Shown in pieces: positions 41,014 through 53,055 of a stretch of DNA of 64,000 bases. The notes beneath the pieces were generated by a model. The model was not told where the DNA came from. It saw only the letters and a list, made by a program, of their open reading frames with translations, and made no database searches. Both the position numbers and the translations under genes were made by a program. Within the stretch, counting starts at the first letter, position 1; each line of letters opens with the position of its first letter. Source of the stretch: Octopus sinensis. Its lineage: Eukaryota. The stretch lies in assembly GCF_006345805.1 (NCBI RefSeq), contig NC_043001.1, positions 91,326,001 through 91,390,000 of the forward strand. Reading direction: 5' to 3'.

Positions 41014-41139
41014 TTTTTCTATTCCTGAGCGTTATACTAATACTTCTGTCTGTTTTCTACACCACCTATCTTCGTCTATTGTTTTTTTTTTGTAAACTCT
41101 CCCTATATATATATATATATATATATTATTATATATATA

Positions 41140-41203
<64 letters not shown>

Positions 41204-41418
41204 TTAAAATTAAGGATAAAATCTTTAAAGAAAATTAGCAGTAGTTAGCGTGAAAAACCTCGTAAGAGAAAAAATCTGTAAATTTTTCCACTTTGAAATA
41301 TTTATTTATATTATATAGAGGGTACTATTATTCTAGGTACCGCACGCTAGGAGCGACTCTTGCAGTCAAAACTACTAAAATAAACAAATATATAATATAC
41401 ATATATATAATATATATC

Positions 41419-41452
<34 letters not shown>

Positions 41453-41481
41453 ATATCTATATATATATATACATATATATA

Positions 41482-41581
41482 NNNNNNNNNNNNNNNNNNN
41501 NNNNNNNNNNNNNNNNNNNNNNNNNNNNNNNNNNNNNNNNNNNNNNNNNNNNNNNNNNNNNNNNNNNNNNNNNNNNNNNNN
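41482..41581. other. Scaffold gap (100 N)
   Basis: Run of N. Confidence 1.
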
Positions 41582-42035
41582 TAGCAATATTAATATTATA
41601 TTAGAGTGTGGATAAAAACGTTGTTTAATCTTAAGTCTAATTAGGAGATAGAGTATCTGAAAATATATTAGCAATATTAATATTATATTAGAGTGTGGGT
41701 AAAAAAAAAAAAAAAAAAAAACCTTATTTAATCTTAAGGCTAATTTGGAGATAGAGTATCTGAAAATATATTAGCAATATTAATATTATATTAGAGTGTG
41801 GGTAATATTAAACGTTATTTAATTTAATCTTAAGGCTAATTAGAAGACAGAGTATCTGAAAAATTATATATACAATATTAAGCAATATTAACCGTTATTT
41901 AATTTAATCTTAAGGCTAATTAGACGTTATTAATATTAAACGTTATTTAATTTAATCTTAAGGCTAATTAGAAGATAGAGTATCTGAAAATATATTAGCA
42001 ATATTAATATTATATTAGAGTGTGGATAAAAACGT
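41582..42035. repeat. AT-rich tandem repeat with a unit of about 85-100 bp
   Basis: tagcaatattaatattatattagagtgtgg recurs at about 41582, 41668, 41771 and 41996, with partial units between. Confidence 0.85.
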
Positions 42036-42058
42036 TATATATATTATATATATATATA

Positions 42059-42181
<123 letters not shown>

Positions 42182-42182
42182 C

Positions 42183-42470
42183 ATATTTAGTGAGGGAAGA
42201 AATGGAACTGAACGAAGATTTTACAAAATTCCTTTTTATTATTTTCTACATATGTTTCAAAGGCTGCAAATTCCCTAATTCGGATTGAATAAGGAGACCA
42301 TTTTGCAGCTTTCTCTTCAGGAAAATCCAGGAACTTAAACCTCCAAACAAATGCGCAGCAAGCTTCAATCCGAATTAGGGAATTTGCAGCCTTTGAAACA
42401 TATGTAGAAAATAATAAAAAGGAATTTTGTAAAATCCTCGTTCAGCTCCATTTCTTCCCTCACTAAATAT
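42183..42470. mobile_element. Penelope-like-element-type inverted terminal structure (107-bp arms, 74-bp spacer)
   Basis: Arms 42183-42289 and 42364-42470 differ at two positions. Contains a hammerhead motif. The PLE origin is inferred. Confidence 0.65.
42241..42326 (-). ncRNA. Type I hammerhead ribozyme, core intact
   Basis: Minus strand: stem I AUUUUC/GAAAAU (6 bp), CUGAAGA, 12-bp stem II GAAAGCUGCAAA/UUUGCAGCCUUU (one mismatch, G-U closing pair), GAAAC-AUAU-GU stem III with palindromic loop, GUA triplet (cleavage after 42247). Confidence 0.85.
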
Positions 42471-42638
42471 ATAAAACTTCAATTATCCGCACTAAGGCAC
42501 GGTTGCGATACCCCATGGTCGTAACCTCAACCGTGATTTTTCTGTTGTGATTTTTGCTACCCAGGTATCGGTTATAATTTGAATAATCCGTAACAAGATA
42601 ATTCATTTATCCATTTCAATAAATATATATATACATAC

Positions 42639-42669
<31 letters not shown>

Positions 42670-42713
42670 CATAATATATATATATACATATATATATATA
42701 TACATATATATAC

Positions 42714-42744
<31 letters not shown>

Positions 42745-42789
42745 CATATATATATATACATATATACATATACATATATACATAATCTT

Positions 42790-43165
42790 TTACTTCTTCC
42801 AGTCATTGGACTGTGGCCATGCTGGGGCACTGCCTTGAAAAGTCTTAGTTAAATAAATTGACTCCGTACTTATTTTTTAAAAGTATAGTACTTATTTTAT
42901 TGGCCTCTTTTGCAGAGTTACTAAGTTATTGGGACGTAAACAAACCAACACCTGTTGTCAAGCACTGGGATGAACAAACAAAGACATACACACACACGTA
43001 CACACATACAAACACACACACACACACACACATACAAATGGTGGTCTCCTTTCAGTTTCTGTCTACCAAATCCACTCACAAGCTTTTAGTTGGCTTGCAG
43101 CTATGGTAGAAGACATTTTGCCCAGGGTGCAGCACTGTGGGACTGAACACTAGACCATATGGTTT
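42790..43165 (-). mobile_element. SINE family B degenerate copy
   Basis: Family B motifs. Confidence 0.7.
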
Positions 43166-43604
43166 ATCTCAAATATGAGATAAACGAAAATAGTGTTAGT
43201 TACAGACCCACAGTTTACAACTTGCAATGTTAAGAGAAAACATCTGTTGTAAAAGTGACATCTGACACTTGGTGTGCAATATTGAATAAAGGAATACATT
43301 AGCCTATAGTATCAGGAAGAATGTGATGGGCATTTATTTATTTGCTTGTGTGTGAGAATGGCTTGAAATCAACATTTCAATAGTCACACTTTCGTCAGGG
43401 TTTCATTAGTCACGATAAAGCAGAAAACTTGTACTGTCTTGTTGAGCATTTGTTTTACAGACTTCGGTGTAAGCTTAGAAACTGGTGGTTGTGGTGGTAG
43501 GAGAATATCATACAATCTTTTTAGCTTGAATTTTTTTAATTATTTCAGCATTCTTAATTACTTAAATACTCCACATTAAAATATTAATCCCAAACAAGAA
43601 AGTA

Positions 43605-44020
43605 TTGGGTTGGCAACTAAGTTCCTGCCATTTTTTAAAATTTAAAAGTTTTAAAAGGTTTAATAAAAAAATAACAACTAATCAATCAATAATGTATTCA
43701 CCCTTGTTGTTTACAACTTCTTCACAACGTTCAACAAGATTTTCAGTATCTCATTGGTAGAAATCACCCGATTTCGACTCGAAAAATTGATCCAACCAAG
43801 CTCTCAATTCTGCATCAGTATTGAACGAAACTCTGCGCATAGCATTTGAAAGAGATCGAAAGAGGTGGAAATCCTTTGGTGCCAAATCAAGAGAGTATGG
43901 CAGGTATGGCAGCACTCTCCAGCCATGCATTTGAATGGCTTCCTTGGTCATATTGGCGATATGAGGGTGGGCGTTGTTGTGCTGCAGAAGAATCCGTGCT
44001 GCCGATTAGGCCTTTTCTAG
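43605..44020 (-). mobile_element. mariner (DD34D) 3' fragment
   Basis: TA followed by TIR ttgggttggcaactaagttcc. Encodes EAIQMHGWRVLPYLPYSLDLAPKDFHLFRSLSN. Inverted homologue of 54635-55051. Confidence 0.9.
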
Positions 44021-44449
44021 TTGCCAATATAATTATGAGTGAAGAAACAAAAAAAAAAAAAAAAAAAAAAAAATCCAACTCTAAATGCATCAGCTGGTCA
44101 TACACCATCAGGGTCAACAGAATTTATTGAAACAAGTCAACATTCTTGTGGCATTACTATGGGCAATGGTGAGGCAAGGGTGTGGAAGCAACTAAGCACC
44201 CTCTCAAGCATCATCTGACACCTTGTTAAGGAGAAGCTGCTAATAATAATAACAAATTTGCTGTCAGTGGCTCAGCTCCTCCATATATTCTTAAATGTCA
44301 CAGGCTGGAAGAAATGGTTCACCAATCCCAAAATCAAAATTAAAAGGGCGTATTCAATAATGTAGTCCTAGACATACTATAGCCGATGTTTTGATCATAG
44401 ATCTGCTTGTTCATTTTGCAATAAACAACAAATATTAGTTCTTAACATG

Positions 44450-44850
44450 CTCTTTTACTCTTTTATTTGTTTCAGTCATTTGACTGTAGCCATGCTGGAT
44501 CACTGCCTTTAGTCGAGCAAATCGACCCCAAGATTTATTCTTTGTAAGCCTAGAACTTATTCTATCAGTCTCTTTGGCCGAACTGCTATGGTATGGGGAC
44601 ATAAACACACCAGCATTGGTTGTCAAGCGATGTTGGGGGGGGGGGGGGCAAACACAGACACACAAATATATACATACATACATACATATGACGGGCTTCT
44701 TTCAGTTTCTGTCTACCAAATCCACTCACAAGGCTTTGGTTGACCTGAGGCTATAGTAGAAGACACTTGCCCAAGGTGCTGTGCAGTGGGACTGAACCCG
44801 GAACTATGTGGCTGGTAAGCCAACTACTTACCACACAACCACTCCTATGC
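44450..44850 (-). mobile_element. SINE family B full-length copy
   Basis: As other family B copies. Confidence 0.85.
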
Positions 44851-46839
44851 CGGTTAAACATTTTTAAAGTCAAAAGCTCAGTCTTGGAATGATTCTGTTA
44901 TAGGGCAGAAATCAATGATAGAATGGAGAAGAATTTTCTTCTTTACATTAGAAAGTTCCTAACTTTCTTCAAAATGAATGTAAACAAATTTAGCTTGATA
45001 CTTATGATATCATGCGTTTCATAACTGGTTCATTGCTACAGACTCATGTGCTGCTTGAGTGTCTTACAGGAAGATAAGAGTTAAATATACCCAAATATCA
45101 TTCGCAGACTGTAAAGAACAACAATGTTTATTGTGTTTCTAGACTCTCTTAGAATGAGGAATACAGAAGAGCAAGAATTATGAAGTTAATGGCCACTCTG
45201 CAAATGAGTTCTTTGTACATGTTTATGAAATTAGAAGACCATAATCAACATGATGGCATCTGCAATTTTCATCAAAGTATCTTATTTCCAAGTCTCAACA
45301 AAAATTTATCAAAATAAATAAATGAATTTCTAAATTAACCTAATAAGAATACAAGAAATAGCATTCAGCTATTCTGTTTATTGAAAGGCCATAAACCTGT
45401 GTAGATTAATTACTTAGTACTTTAGCTCGTTTGTGTTGTTTTCATTACTGAAATCTTTTGAATATACTCACAGATTAAATGGCGACAAGGATATTCACTA
45501 TTCATCATGTAGTGTGTGTGTGTGTGTGTGTATATTTACACATATATTAATAACTTGTAAGGACACCATATTTTGTTATGCAAATGTTGACCAAATGTAG
45601 ACTGAGATGCAGGGGTCCTGGATGGATAGACATGTAAAAAACACCTTTTGAGTGTAGTTGTTGTCTTCTTCTTCTAATCAGGACTCACGCCATTAGCCAC
45701 AAAGAATAATCTCTAATTCAAGCTTACTCTAAGCTACTAAGAATGCGTGCAGCAACTTGAAGATCCACCCACCGCATGCGATAGAATGGCGGTTGCACAG
45801 GTGCTAAAGCTACGTTGTTTATCCTCATTCCATAAACGGTGGCTTTTAACGGGTGGAGAGCTGAACCATCCTGAGGTACAGAGGATTCACAATCTAGACT
45901 AGGGTCTAAAAGTTTACCACACCATAGTTCCTCTGCTTTGTGGCAGAAGTAGGAAGAAAGAGTGAGAGAAAGTTGTGGTGAAAGAGTACAGCAAGGTTCA
46001 CTAATCCCCCACTCCTCCCCACCGGAGCCTCGTGGAGCTTAGGTTTTTAATAAACACTCACAATGCCCGGGTGAAAAAAAAAAATGTTTATTCGTCTCCG
46101 ACACGTAGGAATTCGAAATTTTTTTTTCATAGAAATGCATTTTTCAAGGAGAGGTGCGAAACTGCATTAACCCCAATCAATATTATGTTCTGTTTATCGC
46201 TACCAGGATATGATTTATGAACATTTCCTTAGATAGTCATGCAATTTTAGAGCTTAAAGTTCTCCAGTGGATTGGGACAAGTCTAAATTGGTTGGCAACC
46301 AAGAACTAAAACCAGGTCACAGAGTTACTTCACTGAAAAGTTATTTGAAATAACAACCAATACACAGACATCTCTGTTAAATATTTCTATATAACACTTC
46401 ACATAAGTCTCATCTTAACTTATTTTAACTAGTGATACAATACTTAGTATCAAAGGGAGATAATTTTACGAGTTTCATTATTTTCCTCTATTACACTGAA
46501 GTTTTAATTGCTTTAATCAAATACTTATAGCATTTATATTACCTATAATTCACAGTTTTGCCAAACACAATTATCATTATCATTATCATCTAATAGAGAA
46601 GTTCATTTTCTGACTCAGAAAGTTGCTTGATGTAAATCTCTTAATAGAAAGATTTATTTTATCCCTGACACAAAACGAATCTTCTATATTGGGGAAATGC
46701 TGTCAATTAATTTTGATATGGTATATTAACGATACTAATTTTATTTATCTCAGAAATATGAAGACAAAGTCGTTCATGGTGAGCTTTTGTTTGATATTCA
46801 GATATTCAGTGTGGCACTTTTTGCTGTTCAAATTGTTTA

Positions 46840-47002
46840 TTCTTTTACTTGTTTCAGTCATTTGATTGTGGCCATGCTGGAGCACCACCTTTAGTCGAAG
46901 AAATCTACCTCAGGACTTATTCTTTGTAAGTCTAGTACTTATTCTATCAGTCTCTTTTGCCAAACTGCTAAGTTATGGGGACGTAAACACAGACACAAAC
47001 AT

Positions 47003-47037
<35 letters not shown>

Positions 47038-47195
47038 CGACGGGCTTCTTTCAGTTTCCATCTACCAAATCCACTCACAAGGCTTTGGCAGGCCGAGGCT
47101 ATAGTAGAAGGCACTTGCCTAAGGTGCCACACAGTGGGACTGAACCCATATCCATGTGGTTGGTAGGTAAGCTACTTACCACACAGCCACTCCTG
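46840..47195 (-). mobile_element. SINE family B copy with internal deletion
   Basis: Family B motifs. Confidence 0.8.
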
Positions 47196-47494
47196 GTCAT
47201 GGTAATTTAATACTGAATATGTATTTATAGGTCCAAATATGGTAAAATTTTAGAGGTCTGCCTTTTGTACCAATTTGTCTTATTTTATTTTCATTTATGA
47301 TGCTAAAAGTAAGGTAAAACACACACATTGACTTCACAAAATTTTCACATTTTTTTTTTGTTTTTTCATAAAGTGATACTCCTTCATAAATATTACCTCT
47401 CTTTTTAATTCTTAATCCTTGAAACTAAAAAACAAAATATTTAAAAGACAAAAATGAAGCTGTATTGATAACATTTTGTTAGTGTTGGTAATCC

Positions 47495-48470
47495 TTCCAA
47501 CGAAAGGCACAAGGCCAAAAATTTTTGCAGAAGGGGACTAGTCAATTACATCAACCCCAGTGTTTCCCTGGTACTTAATTTATCAACCCCAAAAGGATGA
47601 AAGGAAAAGTTGACCTCAATGGAATTTGAACTCAGAATGTAAAGACAGACAAAATACTGCTGAGCATTATGCCCAGTATGCTAATGATTCTGCCAGCTCA
47701 CGACCTTTGGTAATAGTAATAATAATAATAATAATAATTTTGCTTGCGAAGACCTGTTGAGGCAAGTGTAAACAAACCAAAATCACTGATGTGGCCGATG
47801 ACAGTACCGCCTGATTGGTACTCGTGCCAGTGGAATGTTAAAAGCACATTTTAGAGTGATCGTTGCCACGGCCATGGATTGGCTCCTGTGCCAGTGACAT
47901 GTAAAAAGCACCATTCGAGCATGATCGTTACCAACATCACCTTAACATTCGAGTATGGTCATTGCCAGTGCTGCCGGACTGGCTCCCGTGCAGGTAGCAC
48001 GTAAAAATGCCTTTTGAACATGGTTATTGCCAGAACCGCCTGACTGGCTCTTGTGCCGGTGGCATGTAAAAAGAACCCACTACACTCTCGGAGTGATTGG
48101 TATTAGGAAAGGTATCCAGCTGTAGAAACTTTACCAGATCAGATTGAGCCTGATGCAGCCTCTGGCTCACCAGTCCTCAGTCAAACTGTCCAACCCATGC
48201 CAGCATGGAAAGCGGACATTAAACGGTGATGATGATGAATAATAACCCTTTCTACTAAAGGCACAAAGCTTGAAATTTTTGGTAGGAGGAGAATAGTTGA
48301 TTACAACCTCAGTATTTCACTGGTACTTAATTTATCGACCTTGAAAGGATGAAAGGATGGAAGGAAAACTCGACCTCAGAAGAATTTGAACTCAGAATGT
48401 AAAAATGGATGAGATACCGATAAACATTTCACTCAGCATGCTAACGCTTCTGCCAGCTCGCCACTTTTGG
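47495..48470. mobile_element. Two SINE family A copies (minus) flanking a family D repeat (47745-48240, plus)
   Basis: Family D carries internal ggcacgtaaaaagcacc repeats and ends in catgccagcatggaaagcggacattaaacggtgatgatgatg. Confidence 0.75.
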
Positions 48471-49102
48471 TAATAATAATAACAATATTGAAGTTTACTG
48501 AACTATCAACTTTAACTTTTGTATTTCTATTGGTTCAATAGTCAATCATTGTCAGTTGCTGCACTTCTGATTATGCACATTGTCTCAGACTGGATGTAAT
48601 TGTAGCACTTTTATATCTATACAAATATTATTAATATCTTAATCCACTAAGCCACAGGATGATCTTTGGTAATGGCAGCACTAAACTGGAATCAATTGTA
48701 GGAGTTTTTTTTTTTAACTTGCTGTATCCTGGCGGAAGGAGCAGAGCCCAAACTTTTGCAGGTTCTCTAAAACTGATGAGACAGATCCATTTAAATTGCA
48801 TGTCAACACCTGTAAGAAAGACATGAGCAGGGATGAGACTCCAGAGGGCCTATGTTCTGAGAAAGGAGGAATTGGCATAGTAGTTTGTGCAGGGGAAAGG
48901 TGGGGGCAGCTTTGATGCACCAAGAGTAAGAAGAAGCAAGTGAGACATGTGAGTTGGGAGTACCTGAGGGGTGGAAGTATGAAACTAGCCAAGTCTCTGG
49001 AGCAGAATCTATTATAGCAGCAATAGAAAAAAAAACAAGCAAAAAACAAGAAAAGCGTGCTTGTAGTCCAGAAGATAGAATGAGTTTGTTAGTTATAGAA
49101 TG

Positions 49103-49640
49103 CCAATCAACTAAGTGGCCCTTCTCAAGATATCAGTCAACCGAGTAACCCTTCTCAAGATACCAGTCAACCGAGTGGTCCTTCTCAAGATACCAGTCAA
49201 CCGAGTGGCCCTTCTTAAGATACCAGTCAACCGAGTGGCCCTTCTTAAGATACCAGTCAACCGAGTGGCCCTTCTTAAGATACCAGTCAACCGAGTGGCC
49301 CTTCTTAAGATACCAGTCAACCGAGTGGCCCTTCTTAAGATACCAGTCAACCGAGTGGCCCTTCTTAAGATACCAGTCAACCGAGTGGCCCTTCTTAAGA
49401 TACCAGTCAACCGAGTGGCCCTTCTTAAGATACCAGTCAACCGAGTGGCCCTTCTTAAGATACATCTCAGTCAACCGAGTGGCCCTTTTCAAAATACCAG
49501 TCAACCAAGTGGCCCTTTTCAAAATACCAGTCAACCAAGTGGCCCTTCTCAAGATACTAGTCAACAGAGTGGCTCTTCTCAAGATACTAGTCAACAGAGT
49601 GGCTCTTCTCAAGATATGAGTCAACAAAGGAGCTCTTCTC
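49103..49640. repeat. 30-bp minisatellite, about 18 units (CAGTCAACCGAGTGGCCCTTCTYAAGATAC)
   Basis: Nine consecutive identical units in the core (49201-49463), degenerate flanking units, and a 4-bp insertion at about 49464. Confidence 0.95.
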
Positions 49641-50727
49641 TGGCTTATTAGATAAAGAACAGCAGTAGAAACTCAAATTATAATCAAAGAAACTGTACAT
49701 GTTGTAATACTTAATGATAGCCCAACCAGTAAGAGTAATGCAGGTTTTAACCCAGTAAGGCTGCTATAAGAGAAAAAAACTGAATTTAAATATATTGTTA
49801 CCTAGGAGATTGGGTTTAAAGACTGTTTAAAAATTTTGTTTACAGATAAAGATTCTAATTTCAAATCCAGCTCTGGTAAAATATACATATTTGGGAATGA
49901 GACAGCTAAGAATGTTTGGAATGGAACCGATAAAAATATTTTGCAAAATGAAAAAGTAAGAGATAGTCTGGTAAAACAAATTATTGTGACAATTTATCAT
50001 AAAGTTTATACATACGACAATGAAAATAACGATAATGATGATGGTAATGATGATGATGTTGATGATGATAAAGATGAGTATGAAGTGAAGGACAGTAGTT
50101 TAATATAAGGCACAGTGGTCAGACTACACCACACATCATAAAGTTCTGTTGTCCTTAAATCTCAGGTAAACTTGTAAACTTTGACAGTTCAGACACATGA
50201 TAAAAGGTATCCACACCTTATTCATCTTGTAATAGTCCCAAAGCAAGATAATCCTGAGTAAGCGTTCTTCCTTTTTAAGATGATATTTAGTGTCTGACAT
50301 GAGGACAATGTGGCTACTACTTCTAGCATCCATATCCCCTTTCATTCTAATTCTGTAGACCCCCATCTTCCACTTGTTACTTTGGCTTGCAATTATTGTT
50401 GTTGTTGTCGGATAGCCCTGGTCAATTCTGTTTGAGTAAATATAAATACGGAACTATCTGGCCAAACAAAGAATTAGATTTACATTTCTAATTATAGCTG
50501 TCTTGTTTTAATTGTAAGCTATGTATTCCTAAGATTTAGAAGTTAAAAAAAAACAACAAAACAAAACTAAAACATATGGTCCCTATGTTTGCTGAGATGA
50601 ACTCGAACAGATCAAACAACAATGTTGAAATTTTCTTTGGCAAGTATTGTGAGAACAAATGTCAGAGATGGAAAATGTTTGTGACAGACATTGAAATTTT
50701 ACAGAAATGCTTCAGGTATTGTTATTG

Positions 50728-50974
50728 CTAAGAAAATGTGGTTGGTACAAATGCAGGTGAAATATTTTCCTGCAGTAAAAGATCATTTAATGCACTACTG
50801 ATGAAGTCCATTTTCTGTTTAAGCTCATTCGAGCAAATGTCCATTTTCTTCACAACATCCAGTTCTTTGAGAAAGGAAGAATCCAGAGGAATAGTTTCTC
50901 TCCCACATGGTTCTTTCTTCACATCACCTGAGATAAGATTCAACAATTTCTCATGCAGTTCAGACCGATAATAT
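50728..50974 (-). CDS. ANKS3: ANKS3 probable terminal coding exon (phase 2 start): RYYRSELHEKLLNLISGDV...SPAFVPTTFS-stop
   Basis: ttgttgtAG acceptor. Phase matches the previous exon (AG+A = Arg). Open frame to TAG at 50728-50730. Confidence 0.8.
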
Positions 50975-51980
50975 CTACAACAAAACAAATAAAGATCATT
51001 TTAGTGAAATAATAAATCTTTAAGTGATTAGAGTTACATATTATGTTATACACAACACCACTTGTATAACTGTGATGTTCATTTACAACCATCACTTAAT
51101 GACAAAAAAAAAGGGTAGACACACACAACAGGCTTCTTTTAGTTTCCATAAACAAAATCAGTTCAGAAGAGCTATAACACAAAATACTTGTCCAAAGTGC
51201 TGCACAGTGGAACTGATCCTGAAATCAAATGGTTGGGAAGCAAGCTTTTTAACCACACACACATCTGTCTGTCTGTCTGTCTCTCTCTCTCTATGTGTAT
51301 ATACTTTTATTTGTTTCAGTCATTTGACTGTGACCATGCTGGAGCACCACCTTTAGTTGAACAAATCGACCCCAGGACTTGTTCTTTGTAAGTCTGGTAC
51401 TTATTCTATTGGTCTCTTTTGCCGAACTGCTAAGTTATGGGGATGTAAACACACCAACATTGATTGTCAAGTGATGGTGGCGGGGAGACAAACATAATAT
51501 ATACACACATACACACAAATACATACATATAAAAGGGTAAAAACAAGTAAAGACCTTCTTCGGTCATGAATGACTAAGAAATTGCACCTAGAAATTTCCC
51601 CTCTGAGGCACAAGTCCAGGCAAGGTGGTTTATGGAAGACCAATATTCACTCATGCATACAAGCCTCCCTTCTGTATGCTACCAATGTTATCCAAGGGAA
51701 AAGTAAAGGCCAATACAGCTTGGCACCCATCACGTTGCAAGTCAACTGGAGTGAATTGGAGCAATGTAAAGTGTCTGTCTCAAAAACACAACACACATCC
51801 TGGTCCCAGAATCACTACCTTATGATTGTGAGCTCGAAACTGAACCATGTGCTTTCAAACACACACACACACACACACACACATATGTGTTCACGTGAAA
51901 AGCACCTGTGCTGGTGCCACAAAAAAACTCCCAGTACACTCTGTAAAGTAGTTGCTATTAGGAAGGGTATCCTGCCATAG

Positions 51981-52218
51981 ATACCTATTTCTTTATTACG
52001 CACAAGGGGCTAAACACAGAGGAGACAAACAAGGACAGACAAACGGATTAAGTCGGTTATATCGACCCCAGTGCGTAACTGGTACTTATTTAATAGACCC
52101 CGAAAGGATGAAAGGCAAAGTCGACCTCGGCGGAATTTGAACTCAGAACGTAATGGCAAACGAAATACGGCTACGCATTTCGCCCGGTGTGCTAACGTTT
52201 CTGCCAGCTCGCTGCCTT
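51981..52218 (-). mobile_element. SINE family A full-length copy (ANKS3 intron)
   Basis: Head to tail in reverse orientation. Confidence 0.88.
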
Positions 52219-52360
52219 AATACCATCGATACCATATAAAAGCAGACAACAGGGCCTAGTGCAGCTCTCTGGTTAGCCAGCTCCTGTTAAACTGTCCAAC
52301 CCATGTAAGCATAGAAAATGAACATTAAATGATGATGGTGATGATGATGAATTTCATTAC

Positions 52361-52533
52361 CTGAGTTGTTCAAATGCTTCTTGTAATTGTTGAGAGTGAC
52401 GGCATATTTCCTCCATTCGACATCTCTCACGCTGACGAAGAGCTCGTTCTTCCATAAAGCAGCCCTCAGTCACAGAACGTAACTTCTGCTCCTGAAGTAT
52501 TTCAGCTTCGAGTAGTTTTACCTGAGAATTTGC
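52361..52533 (-). CDS. ANKS3: ANKS3 exon (173 nt, phase 0-2): coiled coil ANSQVKLLEAEILQEQKLRSVTEGCFMEERALRQRERCRMEEICRHSQQLQEAFEQL
   Basis: ttttgtcAG acceptor, GTaatg donor, open frame. QEQKLRSVTEGC resembles the ANKS3 C-terminal coiled-coil motif (recalled as QEQELRAVVESC). Confidence 0.9.
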
Positions 52534-52674
52534 CTGACAAAAGAAAAATCATAAGAAAATTAATGGCCACTGCGAGGTTATGCTTAATTTTAAGTCAATG
52601 TGTTTATTAATAACCAATGTTTGGAGAACAATGAGAAAGTTTGGTTGTTTAAATCATCCCACGAAAGTGAAGCA

Positions 52675-53055
52675 TAGGCATGGCTTTGTGGTTATGAAGC
52701 TTACTTCCCAATTATGTGATCTTGGGTCCAATCTCATTGTGTGACACCTGGGGCTGGTGTCTTCTACTATAGGATCGGGCCGGCCAAAGTCTTGTAAGTG
52801 GATATGGTAGACAGAAATTGAAAGGTGGCAAGCTGGCAGAAACATTAACAAATTGGGCAAAATGCTTAGCAGTATTTCTTCTGCTGTTATGTTCTGAGTT
52901 CAAATTCCACTGAGGTCGACTTTGCCTTTCATCCTTTCGGGGTCGACAAATTAAGTATCAGTTACGCACTGGGTCGATGTAATCGACTTAATCCCTTTGT
53001 CTGTCCTTGTTTGTCCCCTCTATGTTTAGCCCCTTGTGAGCAATAAAGAAATATA
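52675..53055 (+). mobile_element. Chimeric SINE: family B head (52675-52825) joined to a full family A copy (52826-53055)
   Basis: Junction gaaattgaaag|gtggcaagctggcagaaac. Confidence 0.8.

Noticed and set aside
45141-45330. Possible plus-strand terminal exon
   Set aside because: Short frames, no recognisable domain and no upstream exons.
49103-49640. CRISPR-like array
   Set aside because: The 30-bp units are contiguous with no unique spacers, the context is eukaryotic, and there are no cas genes. It is a minisatellite.
50136-50366. Minus-strand ORF as an additional ANKS3 exon or a LINE ORF1 zinc-knuckle remnant
   Set aside because: It lies after the in-frame stop at 50728. The CxxC-like motif is incomplete and the evidence is too weak for either call.
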